From Entomortierella parvispora E1425 (taxonomy: Eukaryota > Fungi > Mortierellomycota), in the NCBI GenBank assembly GCA_020891255.1, contig BQFW01000013.1, forward strand, positions 992,001 to 1,056,000: a stretch of 64,000 nt of DNA, given 5' to 3'. The translations under genes were made by a program, and so were the position numbers. Shown piece after piece: positions 37,701 to 49,074 of the stretch; the stretch's first letter is position 1, and each line of letters starts with the position of its first letter. The notes under the pieces were generated by a model. It saw only the letters and a program-made list of their open reading frames with translations, ran no database searches and was not told the origin of the DNA.

Positions 37701-39300
37701 AGGCGCGTGTCCTGGGACCTACAATTTGAGCGCATTCACCCGCTCAGAGTGCCCCACTGCGCGTGCTGAGGCTGAAGCCAAAGCCCGCACGGCATCCTCG
37801 ACTGCCTCGCACTCGAATAGCCCCGCCTCGACAATGACGCGTGACAGCATCTCTTCCAATCCACCCCACTCGCCTCCATCCAAGAAAGCCAGTTCGTCAA
37901 AGTTCTCGACTATGACTAGGTCATCGGGTGACCTGTCGACGTACTCTTCCTCTTCGGCATCCGCGACTGGCTCTGGCAACGCGAAAATGCTTCGATCCAA
38001 TATCGAGACAGTCTTTCGGAAAAGCCTCGACTCGACTTCTCCCTCCCCTCGATCACCTGTCTACACTGATCTGCCTCGTCATTCCACGTCGTCCTCTGCG
38101 CGGATGGAATCCTCCGCTATCAATGCTGACCCGGTCAAGACGTCGCTGCTCCCTCCACCCCGTCAGCAGCAGAGCGGCTGGAGACGGTCCAAGAACTTTA
38201 AGGGGGCGCCTGTCAATGTAGGCGGAGGAGCTCCCTTCACGTTGTCGTCATCTGTGTCTGTTCCAAGCCTGAACACTGCAGGAGCGAGTGATCGCCAAGA
38301 CAGTAGAGAAGAGGACGAGAACCGAGAGCAAGGCGAAGGTCTGTCAGCAAGCAAAACTAGTCAGTCCGATGAAACAAGATCGCCCTCGTCCCACTCACTT
38401 GGCCCTCGCTATTCGCAACGGTCAGTGGACAACCTTGCTTCTGCTTATTACTACAAGCGCGCTTCGGAGCTCAGCATTGGCAACAGTCATTCAGGGACTC
38501 CTATTGCGTCGTCTGTTTTGATGGTCCCGTCTCCTTTGCCCTCGCCGTCTTCATCGACCCAGACCTCGATGGCCATTCAATATCAGACGTATACCCCAGC
38601 TTCCACGCGAATTGCTGTACCCTCGTCCCTGCATTCTCCCTCGGGTCCGACGCCGGTCCTGGGTAACAGTGGAACCGGAACCCCTCCATTATCGCCGCAA
38701 CTTAAGAGCTATAGCGGTCACCACAGCGGTGGTGTGAATACCATTTTCCCTGCATCTCCCCACCACAAGCGCTCTGGTGAGGGTCTTCACTCTCTTGAAA
38801 CACCCACTTCCTCTTCTCCATCGTCCCTGTCCTCTTCTCCTTCTGGTCAAGCCACGGTCGGCCGGGATTCTCCCTCGCCTACGCAGTTCCTGGGTGGATC
38901 ACATTCGACCTCGACGACCATGACCATGGCCAGTGCGCATATGGGAGCCATATTTGGCTCTTCAAGCGCCACCGCCGAGGGATGGCGTGGCGAGAGTCGG
39001 TCCAACAGCTTCACAAACTCCGTAACGCCACAGCCGTCTGCACATTATTCCTCTTCTGCCTCCTCACAGCAGAGTCGGATGATGACCGAGGATCCCTGGA
39101 CGTTGGCCATGATGAACCGTGCTCAAGCGCAGACCTTGTCTTCTCCCACCCCGTCTCCTGTTCTTTCGTCATCCCAAAAGTCCTCGTACTTTCAAGGACA
39201 TCATCAGCAACAACAGCAACAGCAAGGTCGAGGCTCTTCTGGAGAGGACCACCGCACCTATTTTTCTAGGCCTTCGCTTGTGAAAACAGCCTCCGAGTGA
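34753..39300 (+). CDS. Seven-transmembrane receptor-like protein with very long disordered C-terminal tail, about 1459 aa
   Basis: Exons 34753-35670, 35754-36825, 36911-39300 (GTAAGC...TGTAG phase 0; GTAAAC...AATAG phase 1) join three track ORFs in frame. No signal peptide, three N-terminal N-x-T sequons, seven hydrophobic segments in the first ~365 aa, then a Ser/Pro-rich tail. Confidence 0.8.
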
Positions 39301-39650
39301 AGGAAGATCCAAACAAACAAAACCTTTAGCAAATTTAATCTAATTTTGTAATATTATTTAATTCTGAAGTGCTCACCATTCATATTCAAATGCTGGGCTG
39401 AATTGCAGGGTGCGCCTACGAGAAAAACATATAATTGCATTATTGGCAAGGCGACATGTTACAAAAAAAAAGTGTTCGGATATCCAATGTTCACATGTCC
39501 AGTTCAAAAAGGGAGGGATTGAAGGGGGGTGGGGGTATGCGTTCATCCTCCAATGGTGTTATATTAACGGGAAAAGACTTCTATGTAAGAGAGGCAAGAT
39601 GCTGTGGAGAGAGAGGAGATCCTGGTTTCTTTCTGAATTCAATCGTCTCT

Positions 39651-40844
39651 TTACTTCTGCATGATGTTGATCAACCTAGAGAATAAAAAAAAGAGAAACA
39701 AATAGAAAGGATGAGTTAAAGAAAGACCATGACTGGTATCATGTTTTTTGTTGCCTCGTTTGATCCTGGATAAAGCTGCCAGTTTCGCAAATCAACATAC
39801 CAGTCCAGTCCTTCCGTGAGACCTTCGCCCTTGACTGCACTCGTCTTGTAGATGGACCATTGACGGTTCATTAATGTGCTCAAACCAAGCGCATCCGAGA
39901 CTTCGGCCGCAGACATAGCGCCTTGCATATCCTGCTTGTTGGCAAAGACGAGAAGGGATGCATCCTTGAGCTCATCTTCCTCCAACATAGCCATCAACTC
40001 CTCCTTGGCTGTCGATACACGGTCACGGTCCACAGAGTCGACCACATAAATGACAGCATCCGTGTTGGCGTAATAGCATCTCCAGTAGGGTCGAATCGAA
40101 GTCTGTCCACCCAGATCCCACACTTGGAACTTGATATTCTTGTACTGTACTGTCTCCACATTGAATCCGATAGCTAGTTGATTTAAAGAGGTTGTAACAA
40201 AATATGGTAAGCATTTGCGCTGTTCTTCGGCCTCTTGCTGTTGCTGTGAAGACTTCGGCTCTTGATATACAATCGACATGTTCTACAAAGCATTAAAAGC
40301 AGAAAAAAAGCGGCAACTTACTTGGAATGGTTGTGACGACCTCACCGACCTGAAGTCTGTACAATATCGTGGTCTTTCCTGCACCGTCCAAGCCCAGGAT
40401 CAAGATTCTGACCTCCTTGTCTCCCCATAGCCTACCGAGAATGCGAGAAAAGATGGAGCCTACAATGATAGGTACATGGTAGTCAAAGCGATCCTCTTGT
40501 TAGTGGAGGCCCCCCAAGAAAAAAGGAGGTTTTGTTGACGTGTTACAAAGCCAACTGACAAGGAGAAAAGCAAGGGTTGTCGGGTAAAAGTCGTTCTTTC
40601 TGCTCCATTTGCAGAGAAGACTGTTGCGACCACTGAGCCGTCCTTGCACTCCTGCGTCCTTTCTGGAGACCAGAAAAACAAGAGCGAGCAGATGACCACA
40701 AACAACCAAAGAGGCATCATCCCATTGTCAACTTTTGTGTCGTGTCAAGCTCCCCGGAGTTCCTTGTTCCTGTTCCCTGAAGGAGGGTCATGTCCAGTTC
40801 TGGGTTGCCCATGTAGTCTGTAAGCCAGTCGGCCTCTTACCCAT
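39651..40844 (-). CDS. ARL1: ADP-ribosylation factor-like GTPase ARL1, about 180 aa
   Basis: Exons 40844-40841 (ATGG), 40459-40322, 40173-39801, 39675-39651. Reads [56 protein letters not shown]...[17 protein letters not shown]...FANKQD...[28 protein letters not shown] and [14 protein letters not shown] are ARL1 signatures; Gly2 is a myristoylation site. Confidence 0.95.
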
Positions 40845-41003
40845 TGCTGGTGTTTATGTCTGTATGTTAGAGTGACGGGTGTTGATGTGAAAGAGAAGAT
40901 GACAATGAAAGAGAGGAGAGAGCGGAGGTTGATGGAAGGGCAGACCAGACGACTGCATGAAAAGTGATGCATTTCAAAGCTCGTCCTTCATTTGGTCACG
41001 GGA

Positions 41004-41020
41004 CCAATCCAGCCGCCAAT
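41004..41020. promoter_or_regulatory. Two adjacent CCAAT boxes about 160 nt upstream of the ARL1 start codon
   Basis: CCAAT at 41004-41008 and 41016-41020. Position is plausible but short motifs occur by chance. Confidence 0.3.
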
Positions 41021-43868
41021 CACAGCACTCACGATGACAAATGCTTCCGGTGACATCGGCGGGGCCAAAGCCTGACTTTTTGCACATGCCACCACCACTG
41101 CACCAACGCGCTCTTCGGGTGCTCAATTGCTGCCGATCGAGGCTGCAGCCAGACCACGACCATGGCCCTCTTTTCTTTACTGTATCACGTACATAGCACT
41201 CCAACCTCTCCCTTCCCCTCCCCCAAAAAAAAGCATGTGCCGGTGGACGCTTTTTTTTGTTGTTACGATTGCTGCTTTGTAAGGTCGGCAGTTGTGTACA
41301 GTAGACAGGTTTCCTTGTCAGGCCTCTGACTTGTCTCACCAACTGTTGAACAACAGGTCAATGGAGAAATAGCATGGGCTCGCAACCACAAACAACGAAC
41401 CTGTTTGAACAAACTAACCAACCATCAACATCTTTTCACGCTTTCCCATGAAAGAAGCCCATCTCTCCACAGCTCTCTTACCTCTACATTCCGCCTTGCA
41501 GAGTCACCCTGCCTCTATTCTGCATGTGCAAAGGCTAAACAGAGCATGCTACCATATGGTTTCCTCTGACAAATGTGAAGAGGCGAACAGAGTGACATAT
41601 CGCTTTGATCGCTCCTCCCCGTCCTCAGTATCGCCTTAGATGTCCATGGAGTGCAAAGTTTTTTTTCTCAAAGAACCGCTGGCAATCGTCTGTGTGACAC
41701 GATGGAGAGGAGCGAGAGAGAAGGTTGAGTTGGGAAGGATCTGCTTCCAACCGGAAAAAAAATGAATGCAATGATGTTGTTGAACTTGTCACCCTCGAAC
41801 TTGGAACTCTGTATATCTGTCTGTGTATTCGTCTGTGTCTGTGTGTTCGAGCTCAATGGATACTCCGAGGATTGTCAAGCAGAAATGAGCCATAGGGAAG
41901 CAACGTTGATAAATGACTGGGTAAAGAGAAACGCACTGTCGAACTTGAACCTTCACAGCTTCACTAGAAGAGCAAAAAAGTGGCACAGGATGCCCAACGC
42001 CCAATTGCTCTTTCTGACTGTAACCTATGCTTGCTGCTTCCCCCCAATGGTCTCTTTCCTTGCAGCTCTCTGTGACCATGAAGAAAGGAAAACTCTTTAC
42101 TGTCTCTTCTTACTTGTCAGCGACCCATCCCCACCCACATCTTGCATGCAAACTATGTTTGATTTACGCCTGATCTGTGGGGGGAATAAAAAGTGGATCC
42201 TTTCCTCCACAGCAGCGTGATTGGTGAGTATTTTTCAGCTGGTGGGCATCTTGGTCAAATAAAGTGAACCGCGCCACGCATGCACGCGAGTTGCCCATAT
42301 TTCAACAGTCTTCCATGGATGGGCCTCCTTTGGCTGCGTTTCATTGCCGATGGATAGTCTGCTGGCCTTCACGAGTAAAAACAAAAAAATCTGGTGCCAA
42401 TGGGCTCACAAAGGTGAAGGAAGAAAAATGAAAGAAAAAAACAAAAGAATAGGAGGGTTGTGTCGGCACTTGCCCGCGCCTCGCTGTTGTTGTTGTAGAA
42501 GGACCCTGACATGTGTATACGATGCTGACTGTGTATTGCAGACCTTGTCTTGTTTGTTGTCATATCGTGAATTGTGGGATTTGTGGGATGTAGAAGACAG
42601 CAGGACAACAACAATAATAGAGCACCCTGCAAAAGAAAAAAAATACCAGCGGGTTGAACGGTTGTACGGCTGTAATGTAATGGTTGAGAACCCAGACACA
42701 AGCGGGGGAGTACCACAGTAATCTGGCACCAATATCAAAAAGACAAAAGTGTCCGAGAAGAGGGGGGGTTTCTTGGAGACAAGCACAACCGAAGATGCTG
42801 CCTTTGCATCGATTCTCCACAAAGACAAGGGCGCGTTGTTGCTGCACGACAAACAGCACGATCCAGAGAGCCAAGTGAACATAAACAAAAGAAGAGAAGC
42901 ACGGGCAGGGCGAAAGGCAGGGCCGAAAGCTCACTCGTTTCCGTTTCTTTGCCCAATGCATCCACAAGACAAGACGGTGAGTCGACCTTGTGCAGTTCAT
43001 TTGAGCGAGCAAAGAAAGAATGAACGAGAAGGAAAGAAGCGTCCTGCAGGCACGATCTGGACCACGGTCCATTGTCGGACCATTGAAATGAACTCAATAG
43101 CGTTCGAAGTTTGAACCCAAATCACGGCGACGGTCCGATCACTCTCCACGATGGCCGGGCCAGGAAGGTGCAAGGCTGCCCTTCTTCTTCTCATTGCCTC
43201 CACGCTCCAGTCCAAGAGAGCAAGGTCGTGATCTGATACGGTTAAGGCAAAGGTGATGGCGGTGAACAAAAAAAATTATCTTTCTCTTTCCTTCCCCACC
43301 TTCTCTCTTACAACCTTGACCAGTCTCTCTCACTTTCAAACTTTTTACTTTTCGTCACGATTGTCATCATTATCTTCAACTCCAGCACAACCATCCTCAT
43401 CAAACGCATCGTCATCCTCGTGCTTTGCCGCAGCAAAAATTCCGCTCTGTCTTCTCTTTACGTCCAAGGTACCGTACAGTGAAAAAAAAAACATCAGAAT
43501 CCCTTTCTATCGCGCCAGTTGGTCGATGCTCCCAAGCAAAGAGCGATTGGCTTCCCCCTTTTTTTTCCTTTGTTAGCGTGGAAAGAGATTCCCAAAAATA
43601 TTATCTACTCAGCCAGCACGGGTTCTCAGGGACACTGTCGTTGGTGAGAGGAAGGGGACGCACCCATCGACCAACGGCCAAAAGGGTTGCTGCACTAGGC
43701 GCAAAATGAATTGGCACCTGGTCCAACTTTATTCTTCATCCTCCAGCTGTTCACTTCCCTATTGCTCTTTGCCCTTTTTGTTCACTTTCAACCCTCTTTC
43801 TTTTCTTTCTACTTTTCGTCCCGCGTCATCCTCTATTATCTTTTTTCAACTCCTCCTTCATTGTAAAG

Positions 43869-45217
43869 GTAACGAATACAACCAGGGGAATAACAGAAGA
43901 AAGGGAGCGGACCTATCTTCGATCTCTTGATCATACACAAAACACGGCCCCTTCTCTCTGCTCAACCTGTCGTTATTGGACTCGATCAGTTTCTGGTGTG
44001 TTGTGTTTTGTTGCTTTTCGCCAGCAAGAGATTGTTTATTTATTTATTTTGCTTACGAGCCATGTTGTTTTCATACCTGTGTTGTTGTTTCTCGCAACGT
44101 TGCGGACAAAAGAGGTGAAAAAGCGGAGGAACATTGGGGCTATCAATGAAAAGGTCTGTGTCCGATTTGTAGAGGGACATTGTACGACCCCAATAGTATA
44201 TTTCATCTTGAGCAAGACCAGATATTGATGATCTGTCACCAACAACGACAACAACCCTTACGATATCATCCTCCACTTGCTCCCTGCTTCAGACAGATAG
44301 ACGGCGCTGTTGCTGCAACTTGGAGATCCTTATTCATTTGACAAGGGTGGTGACTGGGGGACGAACACGGGAGGAGAACCCTAAAATATACTTTCGCTTC
44401 GCATTTTGGTCGCCATGATAAATGACTTGATCATCGACTATGAACTCTTCTGCCCCCACTCCTATCTTTTTTTTCTCGGTCTTTTTGCTGGTGCTTCGGG
44501 GGATTAAGAATTAGCGCCGATGCTGAGGATGACTAGACGAGGGGGATCAATGCGGGGACCGTAAGCAGCCCCCTGCCCTGTCGACCTACATCGTGAGAAG
44601 GTGAGAAAGAAAGGGTGACCAGGTAGAGGGCATTTGCTCGTGGAAGAGGCATCTGCTCTTGCTGTCGGTGATCGAGAAGAAAAGAAGACAGAGAAAAAAT
44701 AAGAGTCCGTCGTAACTTTGTGCCCGAAAAGCCGCCATTCAGGGTTTGTGGGTGGTGTGCTGCAACTGCACGATGGGCAACCTTCTTCCTCTTGGTTCCC
44801 TTCAGTCGTCCGTCGAACTGTAAACGGGGTGCTGTTGTTCTTGTTTGTGTTTGTGTCCACTGTCGTTGTTTCCTGAGTGGAGAGCAAACAAAAGTGCGCC
44901 CCAGTGAGTGGGTCCTTCTCTTGCTTGGCTGCCCTCGTTTTCATTCACCTGCGCGTGATTCTTGAGGAAGGATTGCGCCTCTTTTCTCCGTCTCGCCCTC
45001 TCTGTCTGTCTTTTTCCTTCACTTCTCCACTTCCTCCACACCTTTTCTCTCCACCCACATCGCCAGCAGTTTTTTTTTTTTTTTTTTTTTTTTTTTTGCC
45101 CTTCCACATACCCGTCATACTTGCGCACGGCTTCGATCGACTAACGTCCTCCTCGCTCTCCTTCATTCCCTTAACGTCTATCTCTCTCTCCCTTCCACGC
45201 AATTATTTCCTCCACAG
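43869..45217 (+). other. Probable 5'-UTR intron of the pseudokinase-ankyrin gene
   Basis: Strong 3' end: ACTAAC at 45140, pyrimidine tract and CACAG ending 45217, 66 nt before the ATG. The donor AAG/GTAACG at 43869 follows a CT-rich leader-like block but is uncertain. Confidence 0.4.
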
Positions 45218-45283
45218 TTTCACTCCAACCACCTCCTCCACAACACCGCCACCGACAACAAATCGACCCGGCCCACTCACACC

Positions 45284-47785
45284 ATGACCGTTGCTGCATC
45301 CCCGGTCAGTCAGGACATCCTTTCAGTCCTCCAACAAAATACCCCCCACATCCCATATGAAGAGTTCTCTCGGCTCATCCACGATACATATATCCCAGGT
45401 CGCATCGGCACAGCCCATGTTGGACGTTGGCGCGAATACGAAGTCGAGTTGCGGGAACCCTCCAGTCTAGATCCCGTTTCGGTTGAGAAAGAGATTCGGA
45501 TGCTCCATCGCCTCAGGAAATGCCCCCAAATCATTCACTTGTATGGCTTCACAATCGAGCCCGAGACGCTCCAGCCCCTTCTCGTCTTTCAACATACAGA
45601 ACATGGAACTCTGCAGTCATATCTCTTGAACTTCCACCCTCACTTGACTTGGCCCGACCGATACAATTTGGCCATGGACGTCGCCTTGGGACTGCGGTAT
45701 CTGCACCAACGAGGCTCCTGCCGGCATCGACATTTACACTCAGCTTCGGTCTTGATTGATACCAACGGATCCGCGATCCTGTCAGATTTCGGTAACAGTC
45801 GTGACTCCGATGTGGTGTCCTCCAGGGAACATGTCTGCAGGATGGCTTACTTGGCACCAGAAAGGCTATCTAAGAACGGCTCGCGGTATTCGGTCGAATG
45901 CGATATTTACTCCTTGGGCATGGTCTTTTGGGAGATCTCGAGCGGTCGCCCACCGTTTGAAGAGCTGATCAAGGCTCAAGTGGCCCAGAGCGGGACACTG
46001 ACGGCCCTTGCTCAGAACATCGTAGCAGGTCGACGCGAGCGGACAGTCAAGGGCACGGATCCAGCTTATGAGGCCATCTACACTCGGTGCTGGAGTCCGA
46101 ACCCGCAAGATCGCCCAGACTTGGAGTGGATTATCAATGCTTTGAGTGCCTTGTTGAAGCAGCCGGCCAATGCTGTCATGCGTCAGATGGAAGAACTCAG
46201 CATTGTTGGTAAGAAGCTGCTTCGAATGGTTCATTGTCATGTCCACCATCTCCATGAGAAAAGCGGAAGGAAAAGAAAGGTCTAACACTGTCTCTTATTT
46301 TTGTTCTCTGCAGATGAAGAGCCATACGTGCCCATGCACGCAAGCAAGCAGCCAACTCCACCACGAACCCCCACCTCAGCGGGATTCTCTCGCAACATGT
46401 CCATCAAGATGCCAAGGTCGCCTTCTCTCGAAAGTGAAACCTCCAGTCTTCTCACTCGTTCTCGGGAACTGCTCATGTCCCCAAGGGAACCCGACTATCC
46501 TCCCCCTCCGCCCCCCATGCCACCACCTATCCCTCCTGTCTCCCAGAGACGCAAGCTTTCGACTGCGCCATCATTTGGCCCCTCCATGAGATCCATGTCG
46601 GTTAGTAGCGGCAGCTCGACCTCGTCGAGTAACAGTGTACCCACGATTCCCTCAAGAGATGCTCGTCGGGTTTCGACCATGAACTCGTCGATACACTCGG
46701 GTGAACTTCGATATGAACCTCCAATGACCCCCGCCTCTTCCTCCTCCTCCTCCTCGAGACGACGAGGTCCTCAGTCTATCTGGGAGGCATGTCAAGAAGG
46801 AAACGCCGACCTGGCCGAATGGCACATCTTGACCTCGGGCACCCACCCAGATAGTCTCGTGTCTCTGCCTCTTTACTCTATGTTGGCCGAAGTAGCCCCG
46901 ATCCATGTTGCCTGCTTTTACCAACCCGAGACGCTCTTGGATGTCCTGAAGACTCTACAACGCAACGGAGCCAACATGCAGCTCTTGACGACCTTGACTC
47001 ACCAAACAGCCTTGCACATTGTCCTCGAGTCTGCCACGAATTATAACATCGCCTTGGAGGCGACCAAGTATCTGATGCTGGAATGCAAGTTGAACGTAAA
47101 CGATCAGGACAACCGAGGATTGACTCCGTTCCACAAGTATCTCAAGAATCAGAACCTCAGCGGGATCCCCTCTGTCGCCGGTTCCGAGCTCTACACACTC
47201 CTGCGCGACCGTGGCGAGGCCAACCTCAATTTGGAGTCGCATCACGAAGGCAACGCTCTGGGCATGACAGCTCGGTACTTGCGCGTGGATCTGATGAAGT
47301 TGTTCTTGCTCACAGACTTGACTTGCTCCGAGTACAGGAGTTTATCGTACGCGATGAGCGCGGTTGAGGCGCCTTTGAGCGAAAGTCGATCGTCCAAGAC
47401 GGCCCAGGACCTCTGCAGAAATGTCCTTGCAGAGTGGAAGGGCGAGAAGGGTGAGACCAAGAGGATGCACATGGCGGAGCGAATCTTGCAACATCAGGGT
47501 CTCGCTGCCCCTTCTTCCGCCCCTGGCTCGTTGAACGCGTCGGCTTCGATGGCATCCTCTGCTGCTTCGTTCCCTGCCCTTACGTCTTCTAAGAGTAAAA
47601 AGCAAGGTGGAGGTTTGTTGGGCTTGGGTAAGTCTAGCAAGGCTTCCAAGGAAGAGCCCAGCCCCGTAGTGTCAGCCCTGCCCTCCAAGGTTGCAACCGA
47701 AGTCGATGCCGCCAAGAAGATTCTGGGAAGCACAGCGGTCAAGCAGAGGAAACTCAAGACCCTGATTGCAGACTCTGGGTTCTAA
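45284..47785 (+). CDS. TKL-like pseudokinase fused to a Pro-rich linker and ankyrin repeats, about 798 aa
   Basis: Exons 45284-46208 and 46314-47785 (GTAAGA...CTAAC...TGCAG, phase 1). Kinase fold markers are IIHLYGF, LSDFG, MAYLAPE, DIYSLGMVFWEISSGRPPF and CWSPNPQDRP. Catalytic motifs are degenerate (VELR, HRHLHSASV). Ankyrin-like units include SIWEACQEGNADLAEWHI, APIHVAC..VLKTLQRNGAN, TALHIVL..LNVNDQDNRGLTPFH and GNALGMTARYLRVDLMKLFL. Confidence 0.88.
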
Positions 47786-47839
47786 AGCTTCCTCCCTTTG
47801 CTCTTACTCTTGTTCTTATCATCCTCATTGATACCCTAA

Positions 47840-47868
47840 ACTCATACTCATACTCATACTCATACTCA
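47840..47868. repeat. (ACTCAT)n hexamer microsatellite, about 4.8 copies
   Basis: Read directly, just 3' of the pseudokinase-ankyrin stop. Confidence 0.85.
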
Positions 47869-48111
47869 GGGCGACAGTATGACACGCTTTACTGCTGACC
47901 CCTCTTGTTCACGATGACCCCCACTTCGTTGTTCCTGTAAATAGCTCCCGTTTTTGAAGTAAAAAAAAAAAAAAAAAACAGGCCACGTGGAACAGACCCT
48001 TATCTCGAAACTCAAAGGCGCCGCTTCACATTTTGATAAATATCGAGCATACCCCTTTGTTTCCCTCCTTCCTTTTTTCTCTTTCTCTGCCCGACGCACG
48101 AAACTATCTCA

Positions 48112-48789
48112 ATGAACGCAAGTCGCCATCAGGACCAGGACCAAGAAACACGAGAATACAAATGTATGGGGCCGTATCTTGTCCCGGGGAAGGTTCCTCA
48201 CTACTTGTCTGCTGCGGTTGAGTCTGACATTCCAGAGATTGTTCGAGCCTTGAACCTCAACCAGGACATCTACTACAACACGGCAGTCATCCCTTATCCA
48301 TATCTCGAAACCCATGCTGAAGAAAAGATTGCTCAAGCGAACGCATTCCGGTCCCTGGAAGGTTGTAATAATCTTTTTGCTATCCGAACGAGTCCTAAGG
48401 GACCCCTGATCGGATGGATCCAATTCACCCCTGTCCCAGTCTCGGAGGATGCTCATTACCAACACCCGGTGACTGGCCAACCGGTCAAAATCTGCCTGGT
48501 CGGCTACTGGGTCAGTCCAGAGTATCATGGTCAAGGGTATGCAAGTCGATCGACCCAGTTTCTGATCGAGGAGATCTTATTTAATACTCTGGACTATGAC
48601 ATTGTCCGAGCGGGATCCTACTGCGACAATGGTCCGAGTCGCGCCGTCCTGGTCTCGGCCGGGATGCGATGCGAGCTAGAACGAAAGGAAGAATGGTCGA
48701 AAAAGCTGCAGATCTGGAGGGACGTTTGTACATACGCTAGACACCGTTCCCTAGAACATACAGGACATCTTCTGTTCCTGGACCATTAA
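48112..48789 (+). CDS. GNAT acetyltransferase, RimJ/RimL (Acetyltransf_3) type, 225 aa, intronless
   Basis: Motifs IPYPYLETHA, LIGWIQF, VGYWVSPEYHGQGYASR (acetyl-CoA motif A) and IVRAGSYCDNGPSRAVLVSAGM. Confidence 0.88.
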   Translation: MNASRHQDQDQETREYKCMGPYLVPGKVPHYLSAAVESDIPEIVRALNLNQDIYYNTAVIPYPYLETHAEEKIAQANAFRSLEGCNNLFAIRTSPKGPLIGWIQFTPVPVSEDAHYQHPVTGQPVKICLVGYWVSPEYHGQGYASRSTQFLIEEILFNTLDYDIVRAGSYCDNGPSRAVLVSAGMRCELERKEEWSKKLQIWRDVCTYARHRSLEHTGHLLFLDH

Positions 48790-48964
48790 TAAAAACCTAG
48801 TCATCTTGCTTCATGGGAAGAGGATTGACAAAAAAAAAAAAAAAGTGGCCGCAGCAAAGGGTCACGGAGAGCCTTTCTAATTCGCCCAATGGCAAGGTGA
48901 CTCAAAAGTGACAGGAGCAACATCGAAAAAGACAAAAATCGCAGACAGAAAGAGAGCACCCTGT

Positions 48965-48976
48965 TATAAATATAAA
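48965..48976 (+). promoter_or_regulatory. TATA box (TATAAATATAAA) of the second GNAT gene
   Basis: Overlapping TATAAATA and TATAAA about 100 nt upstream of ATG 49075. Confidence 0.6.
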
Positions 48977-49074
48977 GGGCCTCAAGGACTTCCTTCTGTT
49001 CCCATCAATATTCCTCTTCCTACCTGCTGTTTTCGTAAACACACCACATATACCAACACATCATATACTACAAC

